From: Oopsacas minuta
Lineage: Eukaryota; Animalia; Porifera
DNA: 64,000 nucleotides
NCBI GenBank assembly: GCA_024704765.1
Contig: JAKMXF010000332.1
Location: 1,309,861 to 1,373,860 of the forward strand
Direction of reading: 5' to 3'
A model generated the notes under the pieces. The model worked only from the letters and a program-made list of their open reading frames with translations, searched no databases and was not told the origin of the DNA. Made by a program: the position numbers and the translations under genes. Below are positions 32,385-44,975 of this stretch, piece after piece. The stretch's first letter is position 1. Each line of letters begins with the position of its first letter.

Positions 32385-33182
32385 GTAATGTAAATTTGTT
32401 TAACTTTTCAATGAAAATTTTCATTTTCTTGAATATTTGTAAATTGTGCGAAATGGGACAGTAAAGGAAAGAAATCTAGCAATTCTATTTGCTTGATTCA
32501 TTTCCAAGTGGCGAGGTATTAAATGTCAACCCGCATGTGAAATCAGGTAAAAAGTGTAACAATGTGGAATAAATTCAGGAATGTTCCGAAACAGTCAACA
32601 AGCTCGTTTTAAAATCTTCTGACTCCCTCCCAATGGAAATGTGTTTAACTAGTGCAATTACAACTTTCCACAACGTGAAAAATGTAAATACATAATAACC
32701 TTATCTTATCTCAAAGGTAAGTTATACGCGTACAGCATTGCTAATCCCGAGAGGATTAACATTGTCAATAAGTGAGAAACAATATTCCAAAAGTGCTGAT
32801 AGTTAAATTCCTATTATCTTACAAAAAAGCATGGGAACGAAAGGTAGAGAATGGGATTCAAATAATTTCAAAATTAAGAAACATGGACTGTCCGGATCAG
32901 ACATATGACAACACAAGGTAAACATCCCTCATAAATTAGATAAAATATTCGAATACAATATAGAAGGATAATTCAAAATTGTAAACTCACAAATCAGCTA
33001 AAATTCAAAAAATACAAATAACATTAATAAATTATAAATAATTACACTTTACCAAAGCCTATACAATTCAATAGAAATAAAACAGAATTAATATTTACAC
33101 AAACAATATATAATATAATTTTGCGCTAAATTACATATAAACAGATAAATATATCTATACAACCTGTCCGTGTATTCTGCGG

Positions 33183-33738
33183 TTAGCTAGTACGATTATA
33201 GGAAGGTTCTAGAAAATGAAAATAGAAATCAAGCCTATCGATCGTTACGAGTATCAGACAAATAACAGACCAAATAACAACTCCAATCAAGAATATCCAA
33301 TGGGAGAAAGGAGATTTATGTGGATTCTTATATTCACCCCTTTCGCGAATTATGACACGTCTGCTTGCAAACACGAGAGCGACAGGAATAAGATACTGCA
33401 CACATACTCCAGCATAAGAACCTGTAATACCAACCAAAAGCTCAACATCCATGGTGAAGAATGCAATAATGAATGGAGGGACCATGGCCAAGAAGGGAAA
33501 TATGACTTTATCAATAAACCAGTGATCAAATATTGGAAATCTAGCTACCAATGATGGGATAAGACACTTGAAGTACCCGTATAGAGATTTGAGGTTCTCT
33601 CGTAGAGTAATGCCGATTATAGGAAAGTTAGTGCTGAGAGTGAAAACAGGGAATAAAGCGAGGTAGTAGGATACAGGGTCAAATCCAATATTGAAGAAGT
33701 TAAGTGTGTACACATCTTCCATTTCGGAAGGGCTGAAT
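33183..33738 (-). CDS. TMEM104: TMEM104 exon 4 (terminal)
   Basis: Acceptor CTAATAG|ATTCAGC; stop at 33185-33183. Confidence 0.9.
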
Positions 33739-36700
33739 CTATTAGAATATATAACGCAAAATTAAGCATGAAAAATGAAAATTTCTTAATCATGAGTGGT
33801 GTAATACATCGGCCTTGGTGAGAAAATTGTCTAATATCGGCTATATGTAAATATCACCTTTTCAGGTGTGTATTATTAGAGCTATAGCTGAGGAATACAC
33901 ATACATAGTTACATACTATGCTGAATACGATACTTATTAAAGAGGTGTATAATTAGTACCTGAAAACTGCAGAGAATGACAGAGCCGCATAGTAGAGCAG
34001 TACACTAATATAATCAAACAGAATGAGAAGGTTTACTCCTTTCTTTCTCTTGAGAGGTGTTATCATTCCAGGCAGAGAGTGCTGACACATAAACGCGTAT
34101 ATTATAACTCCGAACAGATTGGGCAGATAAGCTATGTTGGCTACTGTAGCAATGTGATAGTTTCCTCTAGCTATATACACGAGAGCTATTAGTATCATCA
34201 TTACAAAAGCAACATTACGCATTATAGCAGTAATCAGTTGTAACCATTTAGATTTGCTTAAATTGAAGAAAAGGAAAGGTCCAAGGAGTACAATGAATAT
34301 AACCAAGTAGATCCTATCAAGATAATATTAAATTAGTTGTCATTCGTTATAGCGGGATTAAATTCATTACTTGTAAGCTATGTGATTAATATGAATAATA
34401 GATACGATACTACTCTAAGAGTTCAAATAAACGGGGTTTGTTTCAACCACGCAGTTCATTAAATTCAAAATTGTAAACCCACCCCGGTCAACAGTTTATT
34501 CGAACCCCTGCATTAAGTTATAACTAATAAGAAGAACATTGTTGTATGATAAAGTTATAAACTTTTCAAAATGAAAATTAGATGGAAGGATTCTGGGATT
34601 TTTGACAACTTCTGTTAAAACAGTTATATCCAACTTGGATAATAGCATAACCAGATGTAGAATCCCGTAAGTATGTGTTTTGGATAATATTAACTCCGGG
34701 TAATAAATACTAATAAATTTTGTGAACACAAATTCATAAACCCTTACATATCAATCTAAATTCTCGGTTATAGTAAGTATTAACTGAGTTCTAGTCTACT
34801 ATCGTAGACATCGGAATTTTCGCTCTCCGATGCTTTGTATTTCGAAAAGAACGAAAATACTTAAATAGATTAATATGTGGATAACGTATAACACGTATTA
34901 AATGTATAATACGTTTTACGATATTTATACGTCTAGGTTAATCTCGAAATAGGAGACTTTGATAATTGTTAGACATGTTTTCTTCACAAAATTAACATCT
35001 ACAGTGGACTCTCGTTAATACGAACACTGTTAATACGAATTTCCGGATAAGACAAACTAATGTTCACCTACAGTTGGGTATATTTTTCCAGAATTGATTG
35101 AAGAAAATGGAGGATACCCAAGGCTGATATTTGGGATACAGGGGTATTTTGGGCCTGGCTCGGACAATTCGAGGCTTAGACGAAAATTCACACCTATGAC
35201 GAAATTATGACGTCATTGTCACCCTTTTGGATTTTCGAAAAATCACATTATTTACCACTGCTCAGCCAATATACAAGATAGAAGTTGAAAATTTGAATTA
35301 CAGGTACCCCTTAATGTGACAAATGTCCTGATTCTGACCAAAAGCTAACTCATCATGGGATTAATACGTTATCATGACTGTACAAAAATCAAAATTATCC
35401 AAATTTCGAAAAATTTCAGAATTTCTAATACCAGATGCATAATGGACCAGATTAGTGAGCCAAAGACACGTAATAGCTCCAGTAGTACCACAAAAGGCAA
35501 TTTGGATGGACTGTGGATAATAAAATCTTAAAATTTTAACTATTCTGTGAATTCGAGGTACGTAGTGGCGAGTATATTCTGTCGCATAGCGACAAATAAC
35601 ACTACAAAATTGGCTGTTGAATACTTAAGCCAACCCGTAGTACTAAGCTGTCATGCAGCGACCTAGCAAGCGAAGCGCGCTAGTATATTATAAATTGGTT
35701 AACTATGCTGAGATTTGGCATCAAGATTTCCAGAAAAAAATCTTGATGCCAATTCTCCAATAGATATTCTGTTTTCATACAAAATATCTATTGGAGAATT
35801 CAGCCTAATATAAATTACGTCACCAAAAATTGTAGGTTGAACGTATAATATGTATCCTAAAATACTTTCTATACCTTATGAGGCGTATTTTATAAGTTAT
35901 ACGTAATAGGTTTCATTAAAAGATGTATTAAACAACTTAGAAAATACAAACAAGAATTAGAATTATTCGTCATGCACAGAGTTATGTAAATTATGAATCC
36001 TCGAGCGAAAATAAATTTAAATGAGAATCTGTAGACACAAATATTTTAAAATATATAATTATTTCAGGGACATATTTCCATACCTGTATAACCATATTGG
36101 TAATAGAAATCCATAACATTCCTTTATTGAAAGTGTTGAGTTCACAAAATGCGGAATAATACAGGTTACGTTAACCAAACTCTTCGGAACAGTAACAAGA
36201 TAGATAGCCATATCTCCGTAGAGATATAATATTATAGCGATGTAATATAGAACAATGCCTAGCTTGTTAAAGAACAAGTTAGCCATATCTCCTAGCTCAA
36301 ATCTCTTGTTGATAGTGTAAGCTGAGGGAGAGGGTACACACTCTGTTAAGGTTAAGCTGGACTGTATCAGAGGAGATTGTAGCTCTGAAGACTGTTCAAT
36401 GAGTGTAGCACTAGAAAACAATTGACGTGATATCGTCATGGTCTAGAAACAAGTTATTATAATAAATATGCTATTGATCAGGCTACTGTTCATGAGAAAC
36501 TTGTTTGAGCATGAGATCCACCCAATTATTGGCCCCAGGACAGAATAACTAAATCCCAGGGTGGCGGAGAAAATCGAATAAACAGAGCAGTACGTAACGT
36601 AACAATTGGTCACCCAACCTGTATTACATTCATGCAGGCAGCTAAGCGATATTAATTGTATGTAAATCCACCATTTGTCATGCTGTATGACCGTTTCCTT

Positions 36701-37858
36701 ACTTCTATTACCACAACCAGGGATACTTCACATCCATTGGTAGTTTCCTTAACCTCTATGCTATGACTTCATATTATATACTTCTTATTTCACATCGAAT
36801 TAATTGTATAGTATTCACAACGGAAATAATCAGGGTGGTGAAAATGCTGTAAACAGGCCAGTAATGTCTGTTCAGCAACAATTTTCCAGGACTGACAGTT
36901 TAGCTTTGTAGTTATTTGCATCTAAGCCAAGTATTACAGTAATAGTCTTATTTCGAACCGCTAACAACCTACTTCTGAATTTAGGTATTATACTGTAGAA
37001 CATAGTAAATTCGAATATGTTTAAGGTCCCCCTGTCATGGTTCCCATCTCGTAGGCTCTGGATCCACCTGAGCATGAATGCGAGATTTTGGTTCATTATT
37101 ATTGTTATCTCATTATTTTATGACGTATCAGCTGAAAATTGGTTCATTCATAAGAGAAATTTAAAGGATAAAGTCAAATTTGATATAATCATATTCTAGA
37201 CGAACAAAAAGTCATCTCGATTATCCTATTAGCTAGTTTATCACTGATGTTACCGAAAATTTCACTTTATCGACCAGTAATGGATAGTGTGAAACTTCCG
37301 TGACAATATATTTACAATTGGAAAATCTGTATAACAGCTTGTAGGTTGTTGTAATTTCATACTCCATAGGTTCCCACAGGATCATATTTTTTAGTCATTT
37401 TCACGAACATTCGGCTAGTACATGAACATGGTGCTATGAACATATTACTAATATGTTGCATTAAAATTTTAAGGTGAAATATATCTTACCTTCATATTTC
37501 TATCTTCAGGTTTTTCCTTACTCTTCCCATAAGCATTAGCAGTAGCCATTGCCTCAATAACATATGTAGCTGTCATATAGCTCAGTAGAGCCAGCACTAT
37601 CAATAAAACTAGGCCCAGTAGCCAGCCTGCCAAGGCGATTGCTTTAGGCATTGCTATTGCTCCCACTCCAACTATCAGATTCAGAATATACACAAATGCG
37701 AATATTCGCGAGTAAGATTGTTCCTGAGGTTTACTCAACTTCTCTTCGTTACCCTCAGTATCATCTTGTTGATAGAGAGAGTCTGAATTTATAGCTCCAA
37801 AAGAAGAACCCCTTGGGGAATATTCGTCCTGACTTACCACCAAATCGTCATTATCCAT
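33183..37858 (-). CDS. TMEM104: Transmembrane protein 104 (amino-acid transporter-like), 4 exons: 37858-37490, 36442-36084, 34313-33960, 33738-33183 (545 aa)
   Basis: Motifs FVYILNLIVGVGAIAMPKA, YVIEAMATANA, FELGDMANLFFNK, YLYGDMAIY, FMCQHSLPG, FPVFTLSTNFPII. GT-AG introns in phases 0, 2, 2 restore an open frame. Confidence 0.93.
33960..34313 (-). CDS. TMEM104: TMEM104 exon 3
   Basis: Acceptor TGATAG|GATCTAC; donor TTTTCAG|GTACTA. Confidence 0.9.
35220..35684 (+). repeat. Uninterrupted copy of the Helitron-like repeat that is doubly interrupted at 5289-8807 (TMEM104 intron 2)
   Basis: ACCACTGCTCAGCCAATATAC...CTGTGAATTCGAGGTACG-TAGTGGCG-AGTATATTCTGTCGC...ATAACAC-TA-CAAAATT...GCAAGCGAAGCGCG-CTAG-T. 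Confidence 0.75.
36084..36442 (-). CDS. TMEM104: TMEM104 exon 2
   Basis: Acceptor TTTCTAG|ACCATG; donor TACAG|GTATGG. Confidence 0.88.
37490..37858 (-). CDS. TMEM104: TMEM104 exon 1
   Basis: First ATG in frame at 37858 (MDNDDL); donor ATGAAG|GTAAGA. Confidence 0.85.
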
Positions 37859-37984
37859 CGAAAAAGTGGTAAACCTGAATACTACTAGATTAGGCAATAA
37901 GTATATTGGGCAGCGAACTGTGTAGTTCACGGTTGGACACACAAAACTATGAATTGACGTGGAGTGACTGTCCCAGAAAAATAA

Positions 37985-38280
37985 GGTCAGGCATATACTA
38001 AAAGTACTGAGAGCATGCTTCATTTGTACTCAAAGCATGTTCCATTTGTACTTAAAGCATACACGCGCCTCAAAATACCCCAAAACAACATTCAAGCAGG
38101 TGGCCACTAACAGGGCAAATACACACTCCAGCAAGCAAGGAGTTAAAATGCCTAGGATATATACAAACCATATATTTAATAGCGTTAATCAATTGTCCAG
38201 ATGGAGTATGCTCTCAGTGCAGATGGAGCATGCTCTCTGTGTAGATGGAGCATGCGTTGAGTACATTTAATACCTCACTT
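37985..38280. mobile_element. Foldback MITE with subterminal tandem repeats just upstream of TMEM104
   Basis: Three ~20-bp AGATGGAGCATGCTCTC units near the right end are reverse complements of GAGAGCATGCTTCATTT-type units at the left end. Confidence 0.6.
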
Positions 38281-39115
38281 GTTGCAATTAAACTACTGAC
38301 CAGGTCGCCCATACAGCCATAGCAATACCCATACTTGCCAACTGCCCCGTTTTTGGGCGGATGTCCCGCTTTTTCGGATATGGGTTAATTATCTACATAT
38401 AAAGTTAACATGTTAGTAGATCCCAGTGCGTCGTGTGGCTTTGAAATCTGGGGGGACAAATTCAATCTAGTGTGCAACAAGTTCTGGATGAGGTTTATGG
38501 GCACTGTAAACAATCAGTAAGGTCTAGGAGCGAAACTCATCGTAAGAAATAATGTTTGATTTGCAATTATCTAAGGAAGTTGACACTTTCTGTCCTTTGG
38601 AGTAATGATGTGGGAGCTCGAAGAATATTTTGGATATTCTCTAAATACACAAGGAGTAAGGTTGAAAATTTGGGTGGGTATGTCAGGAAAAATTGGCCAG
38701 GCTAGACCAATTATGGTCCTACCTGGCCAAAATTGGTCGGGCCTAGATTTCTTCTAGAAGTAGAGTTAATTCATCAAAAAGATGTATTAAGAACTCCAAA
38801 ACACGCAAAGAGACACTGGTAAGGTAACGTCAGGTTAATTAGCTAATTAGATAACAAAGCCATATCCAGAGCATTAAGTGCTCTTCATTTTTCGGAGCGT
38901 GCACTCGTTCCGGGCTCCCGCCCTGGAAAAGAACGGAGCTCCCACACCGCTCCTAACTCAGAAATGGAATGCTCTCTGGCTCTTGCTACCAATCGCGCTC
39001 ATTTTCAATCACGCTGGACTCGAATCCAAGCAAGAGTTCAAATCCTCGTGTCATATAGTAGAGATAAATGATAGTAAAAATTGGTCCCCCCGACCAGTTT
39101 TAACCAGCCTAAACT

Positions 39116-39515
39116 GGTCCGTGTAATAGCCCAGATTATACCTCTTCCTCGAATATACCCGGGTATATTTGTCCTAGGACAGATTATACTCCCTGCCTTC
39201 ATTATGTCATGTGCAAAAGTGTGGAGCGTCTGGTGTCATCTATGTAATTATAAAGCCCACGATACATGATGCAAATTTATTGGTTGCAACAAGGGGATAT
39301 ACACATTACAACGTTTTGTTGCGTTTTCATGCAGCAATTTGCATCATGTATGGTGGGCTTTATGAATACATAGATGACAACAGACGCCCAACACTTTTGC
39401 GCATGAAGTAATAAAGGGAGGGAGTATAATTTGCCCCAGCCCATATTATACGATATATATTCTAAGGTAACCCGCTTCATACCAGATGGGATAGTCTGGG
39501 CTGCTACACCGGGCC
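39116..39515. mobile_element. Long-TIR foldback MITE (~400 bp)
   Basis: Arms about 39175-39279 and 39337-39440 are imperfect reverse complements; similarity extends to the termini GGTCCGTGTAATAGCCCAG / CTGGGCTGCTACACCGGGCC. No TSD identified. Confidence 0.75.
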
Positions 39516-39542
39516 TGCCAACTCTCCCGCTGACAAGCCGAG

Positions 39543-40586
39543 CACCACAAATCTAGAAACGAACTTGAAAATAAAAAACTGGGGATTGAAAATGAGATAA
39601 CTTAAAATAGAAACGTCGATACAAAAGGCAAAACAATTGCGGATTTGAACAAGAAAATATCTCTCTTACAGATAGATGCATGTAATGCTGATGTTGATTA
39701 TCAGTTCAGCTTTGACGATAAAGAGTTGAAACGAGCTTTGGCTATTCTAGGAGCTATAGAGAAAACTCCAAAGCATTATCTAACTAAGAAACATGCACAC
39801 TCTGTCATTCCGATTGCGGCTAAAAAGAATAGTGGTAGATTATCTGTGAACGAAGAACTAGGTTTAATTGCAGTGAATAACTTTTGCGAAAACCAAATTA
39901 TTTATTTTAGCCTTGAAGGAAAACGACTAAATGCTTTAAAGCTAGAATCTTCTCGAAGAATTTTAGCAATTGAGCTAATAAACAACGAAGAAATAGTTCT
40001 ATCGGATCAACATACAGAAAAGGTTCTTCGGCTTCAATACCCATTGGGGAAAACCAATGCTAAGATACTTTCAGAAACGAAGAAGAATTTTGAATATATC
40101 GTCTCTATTTGTTATGATCAATATTCGCACCTGATTTACGCAATTTCATCAACAAAACATTGTCTTAATATTTTTGATAGAAATATTGCCTTTATTAAGA
40201 CAATAACACTCGCATGCTGAACTTTCCCGCAGAGCATATTCGCTACGAGAGAAGATATATATATATTAGACTGTGGCAATCCTTGCCTACACACTCTATC
40301 TAAGTCTACATATCAACAAATCCGATCAATGATACCCTTAGGAAAAGGCCTTAATATTGATGATCCAATTTCATTTTCTATTGACAAAGATGGATATATT
40401 ATTTTCGCTAATCGTTCTGGAGATAAAAACGTGATACAAATATATTCCCCATCCGGACAACTACTCCATTCTTTTCCTGGAGAACATGACAAGGCCATCA
40501 TTAAGCCAAGTAGCGTGTTTGTTACTTCCGACTATAAGATTATTGTACTATCAAATAATCTTGACTATCCTCTTCAGATATTTTGA
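39543..40586 (+). pseudogene. Coiled-coil + NHL/beta-propeller (TRIM-NHL-like) pseudogene
   Basis: ORFs 39645-40220 and 40329-40586 share one frame, separated by a single TGA (40218-40220; *TFPQSIFATREDIYILDC). A second in-frame TAA at 39603-39605 cuts an upstream coiled coil (SRNELENKKLGIENEIT*). NHL-like motifs DDPISFSIDKDGYIIFANR, PSSVFVTSDYKIIV. Confidence 0.7.
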
Positions 40587-40709
40587 ACTTTTCACACTTC
40601 ATTTAGATATTCTCTTTACTTTTAGAGTTGTTAGGTTTCGCGTATACAAAAATTTGCTTTCTAGCTTTATACCTTTACACTTAAATTGTATTTTATCAGT
40701 TATACTGTA

Positions 40710-41140
40710 CGAGCCGCTTCGCTTGTTCGCTTAGGGCTCGGCAGTTTGTGCCTCATATTTAGCAAATTTAATTAATACATTATTTTTCAACTGTTTGTTT
40801 ACTTCAGATTAATAAAACTACAATACATATATTAATGTGGAACCTAAAATGTGAAATTCGGATTAAGCGTACTTTGTTACTTCAAAGCAGTTAAGAGCAA
40901 GTTTAAACTATTTTAGCTATTTGTTTACTTAATTCAAAAGTGTGAAAATCGGATTCAAAATCTTAGATATATTTAGCGGAATTGTATTGAATTATGTTTA
41001 CTTTCTGCGTAAATACAATAAATGTATAATTATGGGAAATCTCAAAATTGAGAAATTCGAATTCAATATAACATTCCATAAATACTGTCCTTGACAATGG
41101 ACAAATAGACAAACAAAAATTGGGATTCATAATATATTTT
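40710..41140 (-). repeat. Helitron-like family B copy
   Basis: Reverse-complement similarity to 31819-32384 (TGTCAAGGA, GAATCCGATTTTCACA); 3' end GCGAAGCGG-CTCG-T. Confidence 0.55.
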
Positions 41141-42477
41141 GTGCTTTGATATCTCTTATAACAGGAGCGTAACAAGAAATCTCAGAGCGAGGAGGCCAGG
41201 ATGAAAATTTGCCTCATCAAATAGCGATTACAATTGGGAGATGGGGCATAGAGCGAGACGAGAGGAAGCAATTGGCTCCTCTGAATCCTCTGCCTTAACT
41301 AATTATTGCTAGTTACGCCTCTGAATTAGGTTAATATTGACAGCGTAGTTGATTAGCAGATGCGGCCAATTTTTGGGGCGAAACAATTGCTCAAACTGAA
41401 TTAACTGATCCTTATCAAATAATTATGTTTGGGAATAGACGAATGCTATGATGCTTCGTTTGTGCTGCTGGTTAGTGGCCCGCTTTCAAATTCCACCAGA
41501 TTCCACATTCTATTCAATTCTACCAGATCCACGATTCAGACACATTTGTTTCCACCAGATTCCACCATCCAATAGCTTCCACTCTGGACTTTACGGACTC
41601 CCATACGATACTTGACACCAGTAAATGGGCGCCGACGTCAGATCTTATACTCTTAGCCATCACTGTGCTGATGCTTGTAATAACAACCTCTACAAATTGT
41701 ATTTGGTTCTATTTTTGTTAAACAGTAGAACTCGGATAAGACAAACATTTGGTTAATACTTACTACCTCTTTTATACCGAAATATATATTTCATTCATTG
41801 TAATTCAATCCCTTTCTGATGTGACTTCAATCCGATAGTACATTCTACTAGAAGTAGAACGTACTATCCGATTGAACGTCACATCGAGTCCTGTTCTCAT
41901 CGCACCATGATTTATCAAATTTTAGAATTTTTGGGAAAGGCTTTTGGGGCCTAATTCGAACTCTTAACACTTAACACTTAGAAAATGGGGTCCCTATTGT
42001 ATTAAGCCCTAGGAGCCCCTGCGGTTAATACGGCCTCGATGTTGATTCCGAATCTGAATTTCATTTTACTCCATCAATTGACAATTTCCTAAAACATATT
42101 CAACTCCCTAATTTGCTAAAATTTCAAACAATTTGCCTAATAAGAGTAATGAAACAATGAATTGTGTAGCTTATTGAAGAATCAATAGTGTATGTACATC
42201 TCGTTAAATAGGTAAAGGCTGTGATAAGCAAAAATGCGGATTTTCCTGGTCTTATACAATATTTCGAATAATTCCAAATGTCCTTTTTGTAATAATCACA
42301 ATTAGCATACCCTAGATTATCCAGACACCTTAGTCATACATTATTAATTTGGGTGTTCAGACAGGACTTCATCTAGCAATAATACCAAACCGGCACACCC
42401 TAAGTATGTAAAGATAAAATTACTAAGAACATGGGGATAGCACCTGTTAAAAATCAGATTTTGCATACCCTTGTGTA

Positions 42478-42870
42478 TTAACGAATTCAATAAAACTGCT
42501 CCCACCGCAACCAATAACGCTTCAAAATACACCTCGAAACACCATAGGGTGGCCAAGAACTCCGGACAATATTCCGGCCCAAGATGAATATTAATACAAG
42601 CCAAAGTCCAAACAACTATCGTAATTGTGGAATATAATGCACAAATACAACAATTAACGCTTGTACATTAAACTATTCAATAAAATCCTTCCGCCACAAC
42701 GCTTCAAAATACAGCTCGCAAGAACCAAGGGGTGCCAAAGAAGTCCAGGCCCAGATAGACACTAATGCAAGCCAAAAGTTTACCAACTATCGTAATAGTG
42801 TAGTCAAATGCATGGATACAACAATTAACGCTTCTCCTTCACGAATTCGGTAAAATCCTTCCACCAAAAT
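42478..42870. repeat. Diverged tandem duplication, period ~182 bp (~2.2 copies)
   Basis: AACGCTTCAAAATAC at 42516 and 42698; AACTATCGTAAT and CAACAATTAACGCTT repeated in register. Confidence 0.8.
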
Positions 42871-44627
42871 ACTTTAGTAGATTTCTAAAAACTTGAGATG
42901 TATATTTCTGAAATTCGGGTAGCAATTATTGAATTATCCTTTGCACTGCTGAAAATCATATAAAATTGTAACAATATTATATTGTGTATAGAATATTTTC
43001 CTTCAATTGGTTGTTGATTGGATATATTCTAAGTTATGATGATTTGAGTAATTAGACTAATTACTATTATTAATCCAGTAAAATATGCAGGAGGAGGAGG
43101 GCAGCAAATATTTCATGAATTCATTTATAGGATTATGTTCGTGTGAAATTCAAATAAGGCGACAAGAAACAATTAGCCAATCATTCTATAGCAACATTAT
43201 ATGAATAATTAATTTATATTTCATACCTGTAAGGATTATTTAACTGTTAATGAGATGGATCATCCTTTCTTAAATTGGAAAATTAATTACATAATTTATA
43301 TCCACTCTGTGTGGCGTATACTCTTTCTTGTGTTGTGTGCCATCTCTAAAAGATCATTTGACTGAGAATATATATGTTATATCTTAAAAAGGGACGAGTT
43401 ATGGCATCATGACCATGTAAAGTGTTACATGGCATAATGCTTAACTTGTGTTGATGAAATATCCCGAGAGAGAGAAGGAGGATTTGGAATACAGTCAGTA
43501 AATTGATTCATTTCAATATTACTATGCTATTATTGCTTTTACATATCTCCGGCTTCCCTGAATAAGTTACGTATTCATAAATTATAATCCAAAGCCAATC
43601 CGTAATCCGTAATCCATTTCCCACAAGAACATAAACCCATATCCAATACATATCCATTTGGAATACGAATATTACAATTATCCATGAGATGTATAATTTT
43701 GATGGAGCTGATGGATTTCTTTGGGCTCCAAAGAATCCAAATCCATCATTCATAATTCATCAGGCCCCCTCTGAGTATACTAAATATTATTAAAAATACA
43801 AGAAACACGTTTCTATATGTTAGATCTAGATACAAATTGTTACGATAAGTTGCTACACCGGGGCGGCGCTTATTCAGAGAAATAAGGTATTTACATTTAT
43901 AGTTATGTGCGGTTGTAGGCGTAAACTGGCCCTATATTTACGCGGCCAAACAGTGGAAGTGTTAGTTCCTGAACGAATGATCCATTGATTGCACAATTGA
44001 AACTTTTGGGACTATTCCTTGGTCCTTCCTCGCCCCTCCCCCCCAAATCAGCCGTTCCCAACCTGAGGTCCATGGACCCCTTAATGGTCCACGTACGACA
44101 GCAGGGGGTCCTCAGAAAGTGTTATAAAAGGTTAGGAACCGCTGCTCGAGATGTTTAAAGTAGAATTTCATTCGAATCTAAAATCTCAGGTTTCAAGTCA
44201 ATTTCTATTAATTCTTGCCCCATGTTGTGGCACAGTTCTCATGTTTGATTGATTTGGCAAATTTCCAAAATTAGACCGAACAACAATTTGTTACCAAACT
44301 TTGTGATTATTGACACAGGGGAGAATTTGGGAAATGCTGAATCACTCGCTACCATAAAATGCTGTAATGTGTCGTTCGGAACCCCCGAATTATACTAACG
44401 AAACGATATTAATGATATCTCTGACAATCTATAAAATCGATATTTCATGTCGTCTAGTTATCATAATAGTTTAAGGTAACCAGTTAACTATATCATAAGT
44501 ATATAACCTCACTAAGATAGAAATTAAGTACATTTTTAACCAACTCAATTTAATTACTATTTAGCAATAAAGCACAACAAATACATAATACACAGATCGA
44601 GAAATGACGAGTTGCACATAGCTAAAG

Positions 44628-44975
44628 TCAATCCACAATTACAAACTCGCCATACTCATCATCTTCATCGCTGCTGATTTCCTCGATGAGCGATACTTTT
44701 TCCCTCTGCAAATTGAAGACCTCTAACTTAAGGCCTAAGTATTCGTCTTGCAGAAGTGCGTGCTGTTCCAGCAGATTATTCAAGTATTTTATTCTACGCT
44801 TATGGCTCTCTTTGCGATATTTCTTCATTTTGATTTTTCGCCTTTGCCGTTTTATTGCTAGCTGCTCTTGTTTTGTATAATTTTTTTGCCGCAACTTTTT
44901 GTTCAGCTCTTTAATTCCCAGACCAGTTATTTCGGCTTCTGTCAAATCTTTTATGGATTGTATCTGGTTTGACAT
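44628..44975 (-). CDS. Small Maf/CNC-like bZIP protein with divergent basic region, 115 aa
   Basis: Extended homology region GIKELNKKLR...TKQEQLAIKRQRR, basic region, leucine heptads (L..L..L..L), acidic tail. Confidence 0.72.
   Translation of the reverse strand: MSNQIQSIKDLTEAEITGLGIKELNKKLRQKNYTKQEQLAIKRQRRKIKMKKYRKESHKRRIKYLNNLLEQHALLQDEYLGLKLEVFNLQREKVSLIEEISSDEDDEYGEFVIVD

Noticed and set aside
37859-38023. N-terminal extension MKHALSTF... of TMEM104
   Set aside because: Its start lies in a MITE and it shows no family similarity; ATG 37858 preferred.
40218-40220. Selenocysteine or programmed read-through at the in-frame TGA
   Set aside because: No SECIS-like hairpin recognised, context is not UGA-CUA, the position is not a redox motif, and another in-frame TAA lies at 39603.
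44049-44144. Small hAT-type MITE (CAGCCGTTCCCAACC / GGTTAGGAACCGCTG)
   Set aside because: TIR-like ends are present but the 8-bp flanks do not match; too minor to call confidently.
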